Below are positions 43,267-53,135 of a stretch of 64,000 nt of DNA, one piece after another. Position numbers and translations under genes: made by a program. The notes under the pieces were generated by a model. That model searched no databases and was not told the origin of the DNA. It saw only the letters and a list, made by a program, of their open reading frames with translations. Numbering within the stretch: the first letter of the stretch is position 1; the number at the start of each line of letters is the position of its first letter. Source of the stretch: an uncultured Thiomicrospira sp. (GTDB lineage: Bacteria; Pseudomonadota; Gammaproteobacteria; CAKMZV01); assembly GCA_965195345.1 (NCBI GenBank), contig OZ239628.1, forward strand, positions 672,001 through 736,000. The letters are read 5' to 3'.

Positions 43267-45593
43267 GCACATTTGACAGTACAAAACGCCCTTTACGTGA
43301 CATTATTCAAGCTATTAAAAAAGGTGAATACCAATTACCAGATTTTCAAAGGGGATGGGTTTGGGATGATGAACACGTTCGCTCACTTTTAGTAAGTATT
43401 TCTCGTTCATTTCCTATTGGTGCTGTTATGACACTTGAAACTGGCGGTGATGTGAGCTTTCAAGTTAGACCTATTGAAAATGTAAAATTAGATACGCCAG
43501 TTGAACCCGAGAAGTTAATTTTAGATGGGCAACAAAGACTTACTTCATTAACTCAAGTACTCGGGTTAACTGGTCCAGTAAAAACATTCGATCATAAAAA
43601 ATCTGAAGTAGAACGTTATTATTACATCGACATACCTAAAATCCTTGTTGGTGGAGATGTCGATGAAGCATTTTATTCTGTCGGAAAAGAAAAACGTAAA
43701 ACTTCAAATTTTGGTAGAGATATTGAATTGGACCTTTCTACTCCTGAAAAAGAAGTAGAGCAACTTCAATTTCCTTGTAACAAAATCCTCGATTACGATG
43801 ACTGGCAGGACAACTGCTACGAAGCTGATAAATTTCAAGAATTTAAAGCTTTCAAAAAACTCGTTCTTGAACCATTTAGAGATTACAACGTACCTATTAT
43901 TGCTTTGAATAAACATACATCTAAAGAGGCTGTATGCTTGGTTTTCGAAAAAGTGAATACAGGGGGAGTTTCTCTGACCGCATTTGAACTTATCACCGCA
44001 ACATTTGCGGCCGATGGTTATAAATTACGTGAAGATTGGTACGGTGATCCGCAAACCAACGCAGTCGGTCGTTTAGAAAGGCTAAAAGAAAGTAAACTGC
44101 TTAAAGGACTACAACCCACAGATTTCATTCAAGCCATTACGTTATTGCATACATACGAACTAAATAGACTAGCTAAAAGCAAAGGTAAATCTGGTAATCA
44201 ACTTCCAGGCATTAGTTGTAAACGTAAAACCATGCTTAATTTACAGTTGTCCGACTATAAAAAATGGGCTGACAAACTTGAAAATTCATTCCATCTAGCA
44301 GCTAAGTTCTTAAATAAAGAATGTTTTTTTTCTAATAGAGACTTACCTTATCGTACTCAATTAGTGCCTCTTGCAGCTATTATGACTCATTTAGGAGAAA
44401 CATGGTTAGAACCTAAAGTTAACCAGCGTTTAAGCCAATGGTTTTGGTGTGGTGTAATGGGGGAACTCTACGGAAGTGCCATTGAAAATAGATTTGCTAA
44501 TGATTTAGAAGATTTTTTAATCTGGAATACTGATGAAACAAAAATACCTCGTACCGTATTTGATGCTTCATTTCATCCAAACAGGTTGGAAACACTAAGA
44601 ACTAGAAATAGTGCAGCTTATAAAGGTTTACACATATTAACACTACGAAATGGTGCTCAAGACTTCCTTTGGAGAGCAGGGGTTCAAGAACTCGATAATA
44701 TGGGGGAGAGTTTAGATATACATCATTTATTTCCTAAAAAGTGGTGCATCAAGAAAAATATTTCTCGAAGTATTTATGACTCAGCAGTTAATAAGAGCCC
44801 TATATCTTACAAAGCAAATCGTAAAATTGGGGGAGATGCACCTTCAAAATATCTTAATAAAATTCAAAATGACGTCAATGTAGAGTTATCAAATCTAGAA
44901 ATGGATTCCATTTTGGAAACTCATTTAGTTGACCCAGGCGCTTTCAGAAGCGACGACTTCATTAAATTTATTCATCTACGGTCAATAAAGTTAACCGAGT
45001 TAATTTATACCGCTATGGGTAAATTAGATTCATTACCCGAAGATATTAGTTTATTTGCATCTGGCTCAGCTGAACAAGAAAGCCAAATATTAAATAACAA
45101 ACTCAGCCGTGGTGAATCGGAAATGTTAGAGTTTAAATCTTCCATGCGTTGGAATATCAGTGCAAACCAGCAAGATAAGAAAATGGAGGATATTATTTTA
45201 AAAAACATCGCGGCTTTTAGTAATGGTTACGGCGGAACATTGATGATCGGTATAAATGATGATGGAGATGTTTTGGGTTTAAATGCAGATTATTCTACGT
45301 TAAAAGAACCTAATAAAGACCATTTTGAACTTCACCTACGTAATCTGGTTAATTCAAACCTTGGTAAAGATTTCGCTACAGCAAATTTAAATATTAGCTT
45401 TCCGCTTAAAGACGATACTGAATTTTGTCAAATTGAGATTAAACGAGGTAATGAACCTAAGTACCTTGAAATTCCTGATCAAAATGGTCAGAAAATAGAA
45501 AAATTTTATGTGAGGAGTGGTAACTCTTCACAAGAATTATCAATTAATGAAGCCGCAAAATATATTAACTTGCGTTTTAAGGGGGCACGATGA
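43263..45593 (+). CDS. GmrSD-like DUF262 + HNH-like nuclease fused to a C-terminal Schlafen/AlbA_2 domain
   Basis: DUF262 motifs LPDFQRGWVW, LDGQQRLT and FEKVNTGG. HNH-like DIHHLFP...N...N. From about aa 617: GESEMLEFKSS, AAFSNGYGGTLMIGINDDG and FYVRSGNSS (AlbA_2). ATGA overlaps with both flanking hsdM genes. Confidence 0.8.
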   Translation: MSTFDSTKRPLRDIIQAIKKGEYQLPDFQRGWVWDDEHVRSLLVSISRSFPIGAVMTLETGGDVSFQVRPIENVKLDTPVEPEKLILDGQQRLTSLTQVLGLTGPVKTFDHKKSEVERYYYIDIPKILVGGDVDEAFYSVGKEKRKTSNFGRDIELDLSTPEKEVEQLQFPCNKILDYDDWQDNCYEADKFQEFKAFKKLVLEPFRDYNVPIIALNKHTSKEAVCLVFEKVNTGGVSLTAFELITATFAADGYKLREDWYGDPQTNAVGRLERLKESKLLKGLQPTDFIQAITLLHTYELNRLAKSKGKSGNQLPGISCKRKTMLNLQLSDYKKWADKLENSFHLAAKFLNKECFFSNRDLPYRTQLVPLAAIMTHLGETWLEPKVNQRLSQWFWCGVMGELYGSAIENRFANDLEDFLIWNTDETKIPRTVFDASFHPNRLETLRTRNSAAYKGLHILTLRNGAQDFLWRAGVQELDNMGESLDIHHLFPKKWCIKKNISRSIYDSAVNKSPISYKANRKIGGDAPSKYLNKIQNDVNVELSNLEMDSILETHLVDPGAFRSDDFIKFIHLRSIKLTELIYTAMGKLDSLPEDISLFASGSAEQESQILNNKLSRGESEMLEFKSSMRWNISANQQDKKMEDIILKNIAAFSNGYGGTLMIGINDDGDVLGLNADYSTLKEPNKDHFELHLRNLVNSNLGKDFATANLNISFPLKDDTEFCQIEIKRGNEPKYLEIPDQNGQKIEKFYVRSGNSSQELSINEAAKYINLRFKGAR

Positions 45594-47065
45594 CCCAACC
45601 TTCTTTTGATCAAAAAGCCTTAGAAAAATATCTATGGGAAGCCGCTGTTATCCTTAGGGGCACCATAGATGCGGGGGATTACAAGCAATACATTTTTCCG
45701 CTCATGTTCTTTAAACGGCTCTCTGATGTGTACGATGAAGAGTTTAACAATGCCTTGCGCGATAGTGATGAGGATTTAGAATACGCCGCGTTTACTGAAA
45801 ATCATCACTTTCAAATACCGGACGGTGCGCACTGGAAAGATGTGCGTGAAACCACTACCAACATTGGTTTGGCACTACAAAACGCGATGCGTGCCATTGA
45901 AAAGGCAAACCCAGACACCCTTGAAGGTATTTTTGGTGATGCTAGTTGGACCAATAAAGACCGCCTAACTGACGCCATGCTCACCAACTTAATTGAGCAT
46001 TATTCACAGCACACACTTGATTTAAAAAATGTGCCAGATGACAAGTTAGGTAATGCTTACGAGTACTTAATCAAAGAGTTTGCTGACGATAGTGGCCACA
46101 CCGCCGCAGAGTTTTACACCAACCGTACTGTGGTTAAATTAATGACCATGATAATGGACCCACAACCGGGTGAGTCCGTGTATGACCCTACTTGTGGCTC
46201 GGGTGGTTTATTACTTAACTGTGCTTTGCATCTTAAAGATGAAGGCAAAGAATACCGCACGCTTAAATTATACGGACAAGAGATTAACCTATTAACCTCA
46301 GCCATTGCCCGTATGAACATGTTTATGCACGGCATTGAAGAGTTCGATATTGTCCGTGGTAATACCTTGAGTAATCCAGCTTTGCTTGAAAACGATGAGC
46401 TGAAAAAATTCAACGTGATTCTCGCCAACCCGCCTTATTCAATTAAATCATGGGATAGAAAGAGCTTTGAAAGCGATCCATATGGCCGTAATGTATGGGG
46501 CACACCACCGCAAGGTTGTGCGGATTATGCCTTTCAACAACATATTCAAAAAAGTCTTAATTTAGATAATGGCCGTTCAATTTCATTATGGCCACACGGC
46601 ATTTTGTTCCGTGATGCAGAAGCCGAAATACGTAAAAAAATGATTGAACAAGACCAAGTTGAATGTGTCATTGGTCTTGGTCCAAATCTATTTTATAACT
46701 CGCCTATGGAAGCATGTCTGTTAATTACTAAAACAAGCAAAGACGAAAATAAAAAAGGCAAAGTACTGATCATTAATGCGGTGAAAGAAGTTAAGCAAGA
46801 TAAGAATATCGCCTACCTTGAACAAAGCCATATTAAACGTATTTACAATGCTTATAAAAATTATGCTGATGAAGATGGTTTTAGCAAAGTCGTTACCATA
46901 GACGAAGTTCTCAAGTTTAAAGCCAGCTTAAACATGGCGCTTTATGTTAGTAATGTTGATAACAGTAAAACACAAATACCATTAGATGATGCACTCGCTA
47001 ACTGGCAAACATCATCAAAGCAGTTATCAAGTAGTATGGAACAGTTATTTAAGGAATTAGGTTAA
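45590..47065 (+). CDS. hsdM: Type I R-M methyltransferase subunit M2 (NPPY; predicted m4C)
   Basis: AEFYT, DPTCGSGG, ANPPY (near 46427), WPHGILFR. Clear paralogue of M1. Confidence 0.92.
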   Translation: MTQPSFDQKALEKYLWEAAVILRGTIDAGDYKQYIFPLMFFKRLSDVYDEEFNNALRDSDEDLEYAAFTENHHFQIPDGAHWKDVRETTTNIGLALQNAMRAIEKANPDTLEGIFGDASWTNKDRLTDAMLTNLIEHYSQHTLDLKNVPDDKLGNAYEYLIKEFADDSGHTAAEFYTNRTVVKLMTMIMDPQPGESVYDPTCGSGGLLLNCALHLKDEGKEYRTLKLYGQEINLLTSAIARMNMFMHGIEEFDIVRGNTLSNPALLENDELKKFNVILANPPYSIKSWDRKSFESDPYGRNVWGTPPQGCADYAFQQHIQKSLNLDNGRSISLWPHGILFRDAEAEIRKKMIEQDQVECVIGLGPNLFYNSPMEACLLITKTSKDENKKGKVLIINAVKEVKQDKNIAYLEQSHIKRIYNAYKNYADEDGFSKVVTIDEVLKFKASLNMALYVSNVDNSKTQIPLDDALANWQTSSKQLSSSMEQLFKELG

Positions 47066-48223
47066 ATGTCAAAAGTTAAGACAGATTTAAAAATTGACCT
47101 AAATAATTTGAATAAATCCAGCTGGAAAACTTACCGCTTTGATGAAATTGCTCAAAACATTTCAGAGCGAGTTGATCCTAATAATACCGATTTAAAAGTA
47201 TATATTGGCCTTGAACATATTGACTCTGAATCCTTACACATAAAGCGACACGGCACCTCTGATGATGTAAATGGTCAGAAATTAAAGTTTTATAAAGGTG
47301 ATGTTATTTTTGGTCGTCGCCGTGCGTATCAGCGTAAAGCAGGAATTGCTACTTGGGATGGTTTTTGTTCAGCACACGCTTTAGTGCTTAGGGCTAATCC
47401 TGATGTAATTGACCCAGAGTTATTTCCATTTTTTATGCATTCAGATTTGTTCATGAATCGTGCTATTGACATCTCAGTGGGTTCCTTATCACCAACGATT
47501 AATTGGGGGACACTCAAGCATCAAGAATTTTTGCTTCCACCGAAGGAAATTCAGGCAAACGTCATAAAGTTATTATCTACGATGGACTGCGTTATTCAAA
47601 AAAATAAAAATACTATATCGGCATTGAAGACTGCAAAGAAATCAAAGTTAAAATCATATTTTTCAAATGAAATTGAATATAAACAAATCAGAGATATTGG
47701 TGAAATTGTCACAGGTTCAACGCCTTCAACTAAAAAAGAAGAATATTGGGGGGAAGATTTTCAGTTTGTAACACCTGCGGATATTTCAGATGATACTTTT
47801 TCTGTGTTTGATACAGAAAGGAAGATTACAAGCGAAGGCTTATCTGTTTCGAGAGAAATTCCTGCCGATAGTTTAATGGTAGTTTGCATTGCATCTATTG
47901 GAAAATTAGCAATATCACAAGAAAAGTGTGGAACAAATCAACAAATCAACACAATTATTCCTAATGATGGAATAGAGGTTAAATATTTATACGAGGTGTT
48001 AGAACTTTTCAACGAGTTAATTACATCTAAAGCAGCAAAATCAGTTGTTCCAATTTTAAACAAAGGTGATTTTGGATTAATAAAAATACCAATTCTTAAT
48101 CCTGATTTAAGAAGTCAGTTATTAAATGAATCTGAATATTTTGATAATGCTATTCAAAACTCGACAGTAAATATAAAAAATAGCGAACAACTACATATAA
48201 GTATTATAAATAAGGTGTTTTAG
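47066..48223 (+). CDS. hsdS: Type I R-M specificity subunit
   Basis: Two TRDs separated by a conserved helical spacer (LLPPKEIQ...). GDVIFG motif in TRD1 and GSTPST motif in TRD2. Confidence 0.92.
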   Translation: MSKVKTDLKIDLNNLNKSSWKTYRFDEIAQNISERVDPNNTDLKVYIGLEHIDSESLHIKRHGTSDDVNGQKLKFYKGDVIFGRRRAYQRKAGIATWDGFCSAHALVLRANPDVIDPELFPFFMHSDLFMNRAIDISVGSLSPTINWGTLKHQEFLLPPKEIQANVIKLLSTMDCVIQKNKNTISALKTAKKSKLKSYFSNEIEYKQIRDIGEIVTGSTPSTKKEEYWGEDFQFVTPADISDDTFSVFDTERKITSEGLSVSREIPADSLMVVCIASIGKLAISQEKCGTNQQINTIIPNDGIEVKYLYEVLELFNELITSKAAKSVVPILNKGDFGLIKIPILNPDLRSQLLNESEYFDNAIQNSTVNIKNSEQLHISIINKVF

Positions 48224-48225
48224 GT

Positions 48226-51207
48226 ATGGGATTTACTGAATTAAATAGTGTGGAGCACTACATCATCCATCAAATGAGTGGCGTTAACTTAAACGCTTCT
48301 CAAGAGAGTAACCAAATTAGCGAACCTCATGGCCAATACGGTTTGCAATGGCAATTCCAATCGGCTGAGCAGATTGGGCAGCTTGACCGTGGTGTTAACG
48401 AGGTTTTAGTTGAGTCTGTATTGGTTAGGGCATTAATTCGTCTTAACCCTGAGATTGAAGCTAATCCTAATTTAGCAGATGAAGTAATACATAAACTCCG
48501 TGCTATTCTAATTTCGGTCAATCAAGTGGGCTTAGTGATGGCCAATGAAGAATTTTTTGCTTGGATGACAGGCGAAAAAACCATGCCGTTTGGTGAAAAT
48601 AACCGCCATGTGCCTGTAAAGCTAATCGACTTTGATGATTTAACCCGCAACGATTATGTCGTGACGAATCAGTTTCGCATTCATCACAAAGAAACAAAAA
48701 TACCTGATGTAGTATTAATGATTAATGGTATTCCGGTGGTGGTCGGTGAAGCTAAAACACCAATTCGCCCATCAGTAACGTGGTTAGACGGCGCGCATGA
48801 AATACACAACATTTATGAAAATGCTGTACCACAATTGTTTGTGCCTAATATTTTATCGTTTGCTACCGAAGGCAAAGAATTGTTTTATGGTGCCATAAAA
48901 TGCCCGTTAGAGTTTTGGGCACCTTGGCGTGTTGAGGATGATCAACTAAGCCGCTCTGTTGGTTTATCGAGTGTTGGCGCAGAGCTGACCAATTTATTAA
49001 GCCCAGTGCGCTTGCTTGATATTATGCGTAATTTCTCATTGTTTACAACGAATAAAAAGAAACACCGCACTAAGATAATACCTCGTTTTCAGCAATACGA
49101 AGGGGCTAATAAAATTGTTGAGCGTGTGATTGACGGTAGGATTAAAAAAGGTTTAATTTGGCATTTTCAAGGCTCAGGTAAATCATTGTTAATGGTGTTT
49201 GCTGCACAAAAACTTCGCCGTGCTGCACAGCTTAAAAGCCCAACCGTCATTGTGTTGGTCGATAGAACCGATTTAGATACCCAAATTAGCAGCACATTTA
49301 ATGCCGCCGATATCGCTAATGTGGAGTCAACCGATAGCATTAAAGAATTACAACAAATGCTTGAGCGTGATACCCGTAAGATTATTATCTCAATGATTCA
49401 CAAATTCCGTGATGCTAAACCTAATATGAATGAACGTGAGAATATCATTGTATTAGTGGACGAGGCGCATCGCACCCAAGAAGGTGATTTAGGTCGTCAA
49501 ATGCGTGCCGCTTTACCCAATGCTTTCTTATTTGGTTTAACTGGGACGCCCGTAAACAAAGCGGATAAAAATACTTTTTGGGCATTTGGTGCCGAAGAAG
49601 ATAAAGGCGGTTATATGTCACGTTACACCTTCCATGACTCCATTCGTGATGATGCCACATTGCCATTACACTTTGAGCCACGTTTAGTTGATGTGCATGT
49701 GGATACCCAAGCTCTTGACCAAGCATTTGCTGAATTTAAAGAAAGCGCGGCATTAAACGATGAAGAAGCCGATGCGCTCAATAAAAAATCAGCCAGTATG
49801 GCAACCTTTTTAAAATCACCTGAACGTATTGCCAAAATAGCGAAAGACATAGCTGAACACTTTAAAAACAAATTAGCACCACAGGGCTTTAAGGCTATGA
49901 TAGTCACGCCAGACAGGCATGCCTGTGTGCAGTATAAAGAAGCGTTAGATAACTACTTCTCAACAGAGGCCAGTAAAGTGGTTATTTCAACCACCGCGAA
50001 TGATGACTTTGAATTTAAGGAAAAGTGGGGAATAGACAAGAGCCAACAAGAAAAAATTGTTGATGAGTTTAACGCTGTGGATTCTGACCTTAAATTTATT
50101 ATTGTTACTGCTAAATTGTTAACGGGTTTTGATGCACCGATTTGTCAAACAATATACTTAGACAAATCATTAAAAGATCATACCTTGTTGCAGGCAATAT
50201 GTCGTACCAACCGTTTATATCCGAATAAGGCGTTTGGCTGTATTGTTGATTACTTTGGTGTTTTTGACGATGCCACAAAAGCATTAGCGTTTGATGAAGA
50301 GAGCATCAAGCAGGTTATTACTAACTTAAGTGAATTACGCTCTCGTTTACCACAAGCAATGGCTGACTCATTAAAACACTTTGATGGCGTAGATAGAACG
50401 CTTGATGGGTTTGAGGGCTTAGAAGCTGCACAAAATGCTATTGGTACTGACGACAAAAAAGATGCCTTTGCAAAAGATTTCAAGTACCTGTCAAAGCTAT
50501 GGGAATCATTATCACCAGATAATATTTTAGACCTATATAACCAAGACTATAAATGGTTAGCGCAAGTATTTGAATCAGTAAAACCAGCTTCAGATAATGT
50601 AGGTAAGATGCTGTGGTTAGCACTTGGTGCACAAACCACTCAGCTAATACATGAAAACATTCATGTAGGTGAAGTACATACCTTGGATGAGTTTGTACTT
50701 GATGCGGATGTGATTGAAAATATATTCAACAATCCAGAGCCAAAAAAGATCAAGCAACTCGAAAAAGACTTAATCCAACGCTTTAAAAATCACGGTGGCA
50801 GTGCCGAATTTAAAAAGCTCAGTAAACGTTTAGAAGAACTGCGCGATAAAGCAGAAAAAGGTTTAATTACCTCAATAGAATTCGTTAAAGAGCTGTGCGC
50901 AATTGCCAAAGAGACGATATCCGCCGAAAAAGAATTACAGCAAGAAGCACAAGAAAAATCACCTAAAGCCGCATTGACAGAGCTGTTTTTAGAGTTAAAG
51001 ACTGAGAAAACACCAGCTGTAGTTGAGCGTATTGTTACCGACATTGATGCCATTGTTCGAGTTGTGAAATTCCCTGGTTGGCAAAACACCACAGGCGGAG
51101 AACGCGAAGTACAAAAATCACTGCGCAAAGCATTACTTAAATACAAATTACATACTGATCAAATTTTGTTTGATAGAGCTTATGCCTATATCAAAGAGTA
51201 TTATTAA
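48226..51207 (+). CDS. hsdR: Type I R-M restriction subunit
   Basis: PD...EAK nuclease motif (IPDVV...GEAK), WHFQGSGKS Walker A, DEAH, TGTP, LLTGFD, QAICRTNR. Confidence 0.95.
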   Translation: MGFTELNSVEHYIIHQMSGVNLNASQESNQISEPHGQYGLQWQFQSAEQIGQLDRGVNEVLVESVLVRALIRLNPEIEANPNLADEVIHKLRAILISVNQVGLVMANEEFFAWMTGEKTMPFGENNRHVPVKLIDFDDLTRNDYVVTNQFRIHHKETKIPDVVLMINGIPVVVGEAKTPIRPSVTWLDGAHEIHNIYENAVPQLFVPNILSFATEGKELFYGAIKCPLEFWAPWRVEDDQLSRSVGLSSVGAELTNLLSPVRLLDIMRNFSLFTTNKKKHRTKIIPRFQQYEGANKIVERVIDGRIKKGLIWHFQGSGKSLLMVFAAQKLRRAAQLKSPTVIVLVDRTDLDTQISSTFNAADIANVESTDSIKELQQMLERDTRKIIISMIHKFRDAKPNMNERENIIVLVDEAHRTQEGDLGRQMRAALPNAFLFGLTGTPVNKADKNTFWAFGAEEDKGGYMSRYTFHDSIRDDATLPLHFEPRLVDVHVDTQALDQAFAEFKESAALNDEEADALNKKSASMATFLKSPERIAKIAKDIAEHFKNKLAPQGFKAMIVTPDRHACVQYKEALDNYFSTEASKVVISTTANDDFEFKEKWGIDKSQQEKIVDEFNAVDSDLKFIIVTAKLLTGFDAPICQTIYLDKSLKDHTLLQAICRTNRLYPNKAFGCIVDYFGVFDDATKALAFDEESIKQVITNLSELRSRLPQAMADSLKHFDGVDRTLDGFEGLEAAQNAIGTDDKKDAFAKDFKYLSKLWESLSPDNILDLYNQDYKWLAQVFESVKPASDNVGKMLWLALGAQTTQLIHENIHVGEVHTLDEFVLDADVIENIFNNPEPKKIKQLEKDLIQRFKNHGGSAEFKKLSKRLEELRDKAEKGLITSIEFVKELCAIAKETISAEKELQQEAQEKSPKAALTELFLELKTEKTPAVVERIVTDIDAIVRVVKFPGWQNTTGGEREVQKSLRKALLKYKLHTDQILFDRAYAYIKEYY

Positions 51208-51442
51208 GGTGTTCTGGATAGTTAGATTTCCTTGTTAATTACCTTATTTTAAAATCATTCATCCTATGCTTAGTAAGTCTAGTATCTACAGAGTTTAGGG
51301 GACTATTTTTTGAAAAGCATCGCTTTAAATCACTGTAATTTTTTTATCGCTGTATTTTGACGATTATTAGTAATCTTGATTTTGTTTGAGCATTGCCAAT
51401 ATTTGACTGTTTGAATGTCTTTATTTACGCATAGAAAACTAA

Positions 51443-51637
51443 TCTATTCCTCAAAAACCGCATCATGAGATGGATGATATTTCCGATAATCCTAAAAGGT
51501 CTCAATGAAAAGAAGATACAGCCAAGAACAAATAATCAAGGCAATCAAACGCCATGAATCAGGGTTAAAATTTGAAAAAGCAGCGTGAAATGATTAAACC
51601 GCATTCAAATACTGGTGCTTATTTGGGGGGCAATACA
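51443..51637 (+). mobile_element. internally deleted IS3-family remnant (about 195 bp)
   Basis: The mini-ORF 51505-51588, MKRRYSQEQIIKAIKRHESGLKFEKAA*, resembles an IS3 OrfA N-terminus. The right end TGGTGCTTATTTGGGGGGCAATACA ends in CA, and its reverse complement aligns imperfectly with the left end TCTATTCCTCAAAAACCGCATCA. Confidence 0.65.
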
Positions 51638-51775
51638 CCCATCCAGTAACAGACTACTTAAAATCAAATTTTGAAAAAAAATAGCTCATAAAGTTCAGCA
51701 TCAACAGTCAAAAAAACGCACAGTGGTTTATCGACCTGTCTGCATACTATTGATATGAAATTTCTTTATTTATTA

Positions 51776-52864
51776 CTACTGTGACACAATTTTCAAGAGA
51801 TGAGTGAATGATAATATTGCTGAGGTTCTACCACTTGCAGGGCGTAGTTCATCTATGATGCCGGCTTGCTTTAATTCACGAATATACTGCGCAGCACGTT
51901 GCCGTTGAATTCTTAGTATTTTGTGTGCATCAGTTGCTCGAAAAATCGGTGTATTGAATAACATATCTAATAAGAATATTGATTGATCCGAGCGAATCAC
52001 ATCTAGCATCTCCTTCTTTTTATAATCATAAAGCTCAATGATTTTTCTAACTAGTATCAGATTTTTTTCAGATTGTTCAACTACAGCGTTTAGAAAAAAA
52101 TCAACCCACCCTAGCCAATCATTTTGACGAGAAATATTTTCTAGTTTTTGATAGTAAGTATCTCGATTAGATTCGAAATATTCACTGAGATAGAAGGACG
52201 GACTGACAACGCTACCCTTTCTAGCAAGAAACAACGGAATCAAGATGCGTCCAATTCGGCCATTACCATCATCGAATGGGTGAATTAACTCAAATTGTGC
52301 ATGTATGAGTGCTGCCTGAATAATTGGGTCTAGAGTATCGTCGTTCAAGTTAACGAAACCAATAAATTGCTCTAAAAGATCCTGCAAAATATAAGGTGCA
52401 GGAGGTACGTAAGTGGCTTGCTCAATCGTACATCCTCGCGGTCCAATCCAGTTTTGGGTCGCACGGAATCGCCCTGGATTTTTATCTTCTCCACGAACTC
52501 CTTGCATGAGGTTTTCATGCATTTGTCTTAGCATGTGGAGTGTCAGTGGCTTGTCTTTTAACTCAGATCCAGCTATTCTGAGAGTGCTCCTATAATTTAT
52601 GATTTCTTGTATATCGGCACTCTTTTCAGGATCAAATTTTTCTCCAGCCTGTTGCTGATACACCTCGTTCGCAGTGGCGATAGTCCCTTCTATCCTTGAT
52701 GATAGTTCTGCTTCCTTCATTATTAACGGTGAAAGTAGTACATCTGGATTTACAAGGCTTTCTAATAGACCATCATAACGGGATATACAAGCATTTGCCC
52801 TACCGACCAAGGCGATGCTATTGCTTAAGTCCAACTTTTTTGGCGGGAAGTAGTTGAGGTTCAT
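51776..52864 (-). CDS. Fic family protein (N-terminal inhibitory motif, C-terminal HTH)
   Basis: HPFDDGNGRIGR catalytic motif and SSRIEGT autoinhibitory motif. Start moved from 52927 to 52864 (MNLNYFPP) because promoter and operator elements occupy 52883-52941. Confidence 0.9.
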   Translation of the reverse strand: MNLNYFPPKKLDLSNSIALVGRANACISRYDGLLESLVNPDVLLSPLIMKEAELSSRIEGTIATANEVYQQQAGEKFDPEKSADIQEIINYRSTLRIAGSELKDKPLTLHMLRQMHENLMQGVRGEDKNPGRFRATQNWIGPRGCTIEQATYVPPAPYILQDLLEQFIGFVNLNDDTLDPIIQAALIHAQFELIHPFDDGNGRIGRILIPLFLARKGSVVSPSFYLSEYFESNRDTYYQKLENISRQNDWLGWVDFFLNAVVEQSEKNLILVRKIIELYDYKKKEMLDVIRSDQSIFLLDMLFNTPIFRATDAHKILRIQRQRAAQYIRELKQAGIIDELRPASGRTSAILSFTHLLKIVSQ

Positions 52865-52881
52865 TTCTGTATGATAGAAGA

Positions 52882-52941
52882 TACACAAAGTGGTTTGTGT
52901 AACATGAATTGACATTATAACATACACAAAAGACTTTGTGT
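52882..52941 (-). promoter_or_regulatory. Fic promoter: extended -10 element between two palindromic operators
   Basis: ACACAAA-N4-TTTGTGT at 52883-52900 and again at 52924-52941. Minus-strand TGtTATAAT at 52922-52914 lies between them. Confidence 0.65.
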
Positions 52942-53135
52942 CCGGTACAACAACTACTAATAGAGAGATCAGAGGTGGAAGAGTGCGATCAGGTGATCAA
53001 AAATCAGTTCAAGCTAATTGAGGTTTGAATTTAGAGCGCACAAACAACTCCAAGATTCTCTTAGTAGAACAAATAATTACAGCAACGAGAATACTAATAC
53101 AAGATGGTGCATTCTCTGCACTGATCACGATCGCT

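Noticed and set aside
52865-52927. N-terminal 21-aa extension of Fic given in the ORF track
   Set aside because: It overlaps the predicted promoter and operators and does not look like part of the Fic family.
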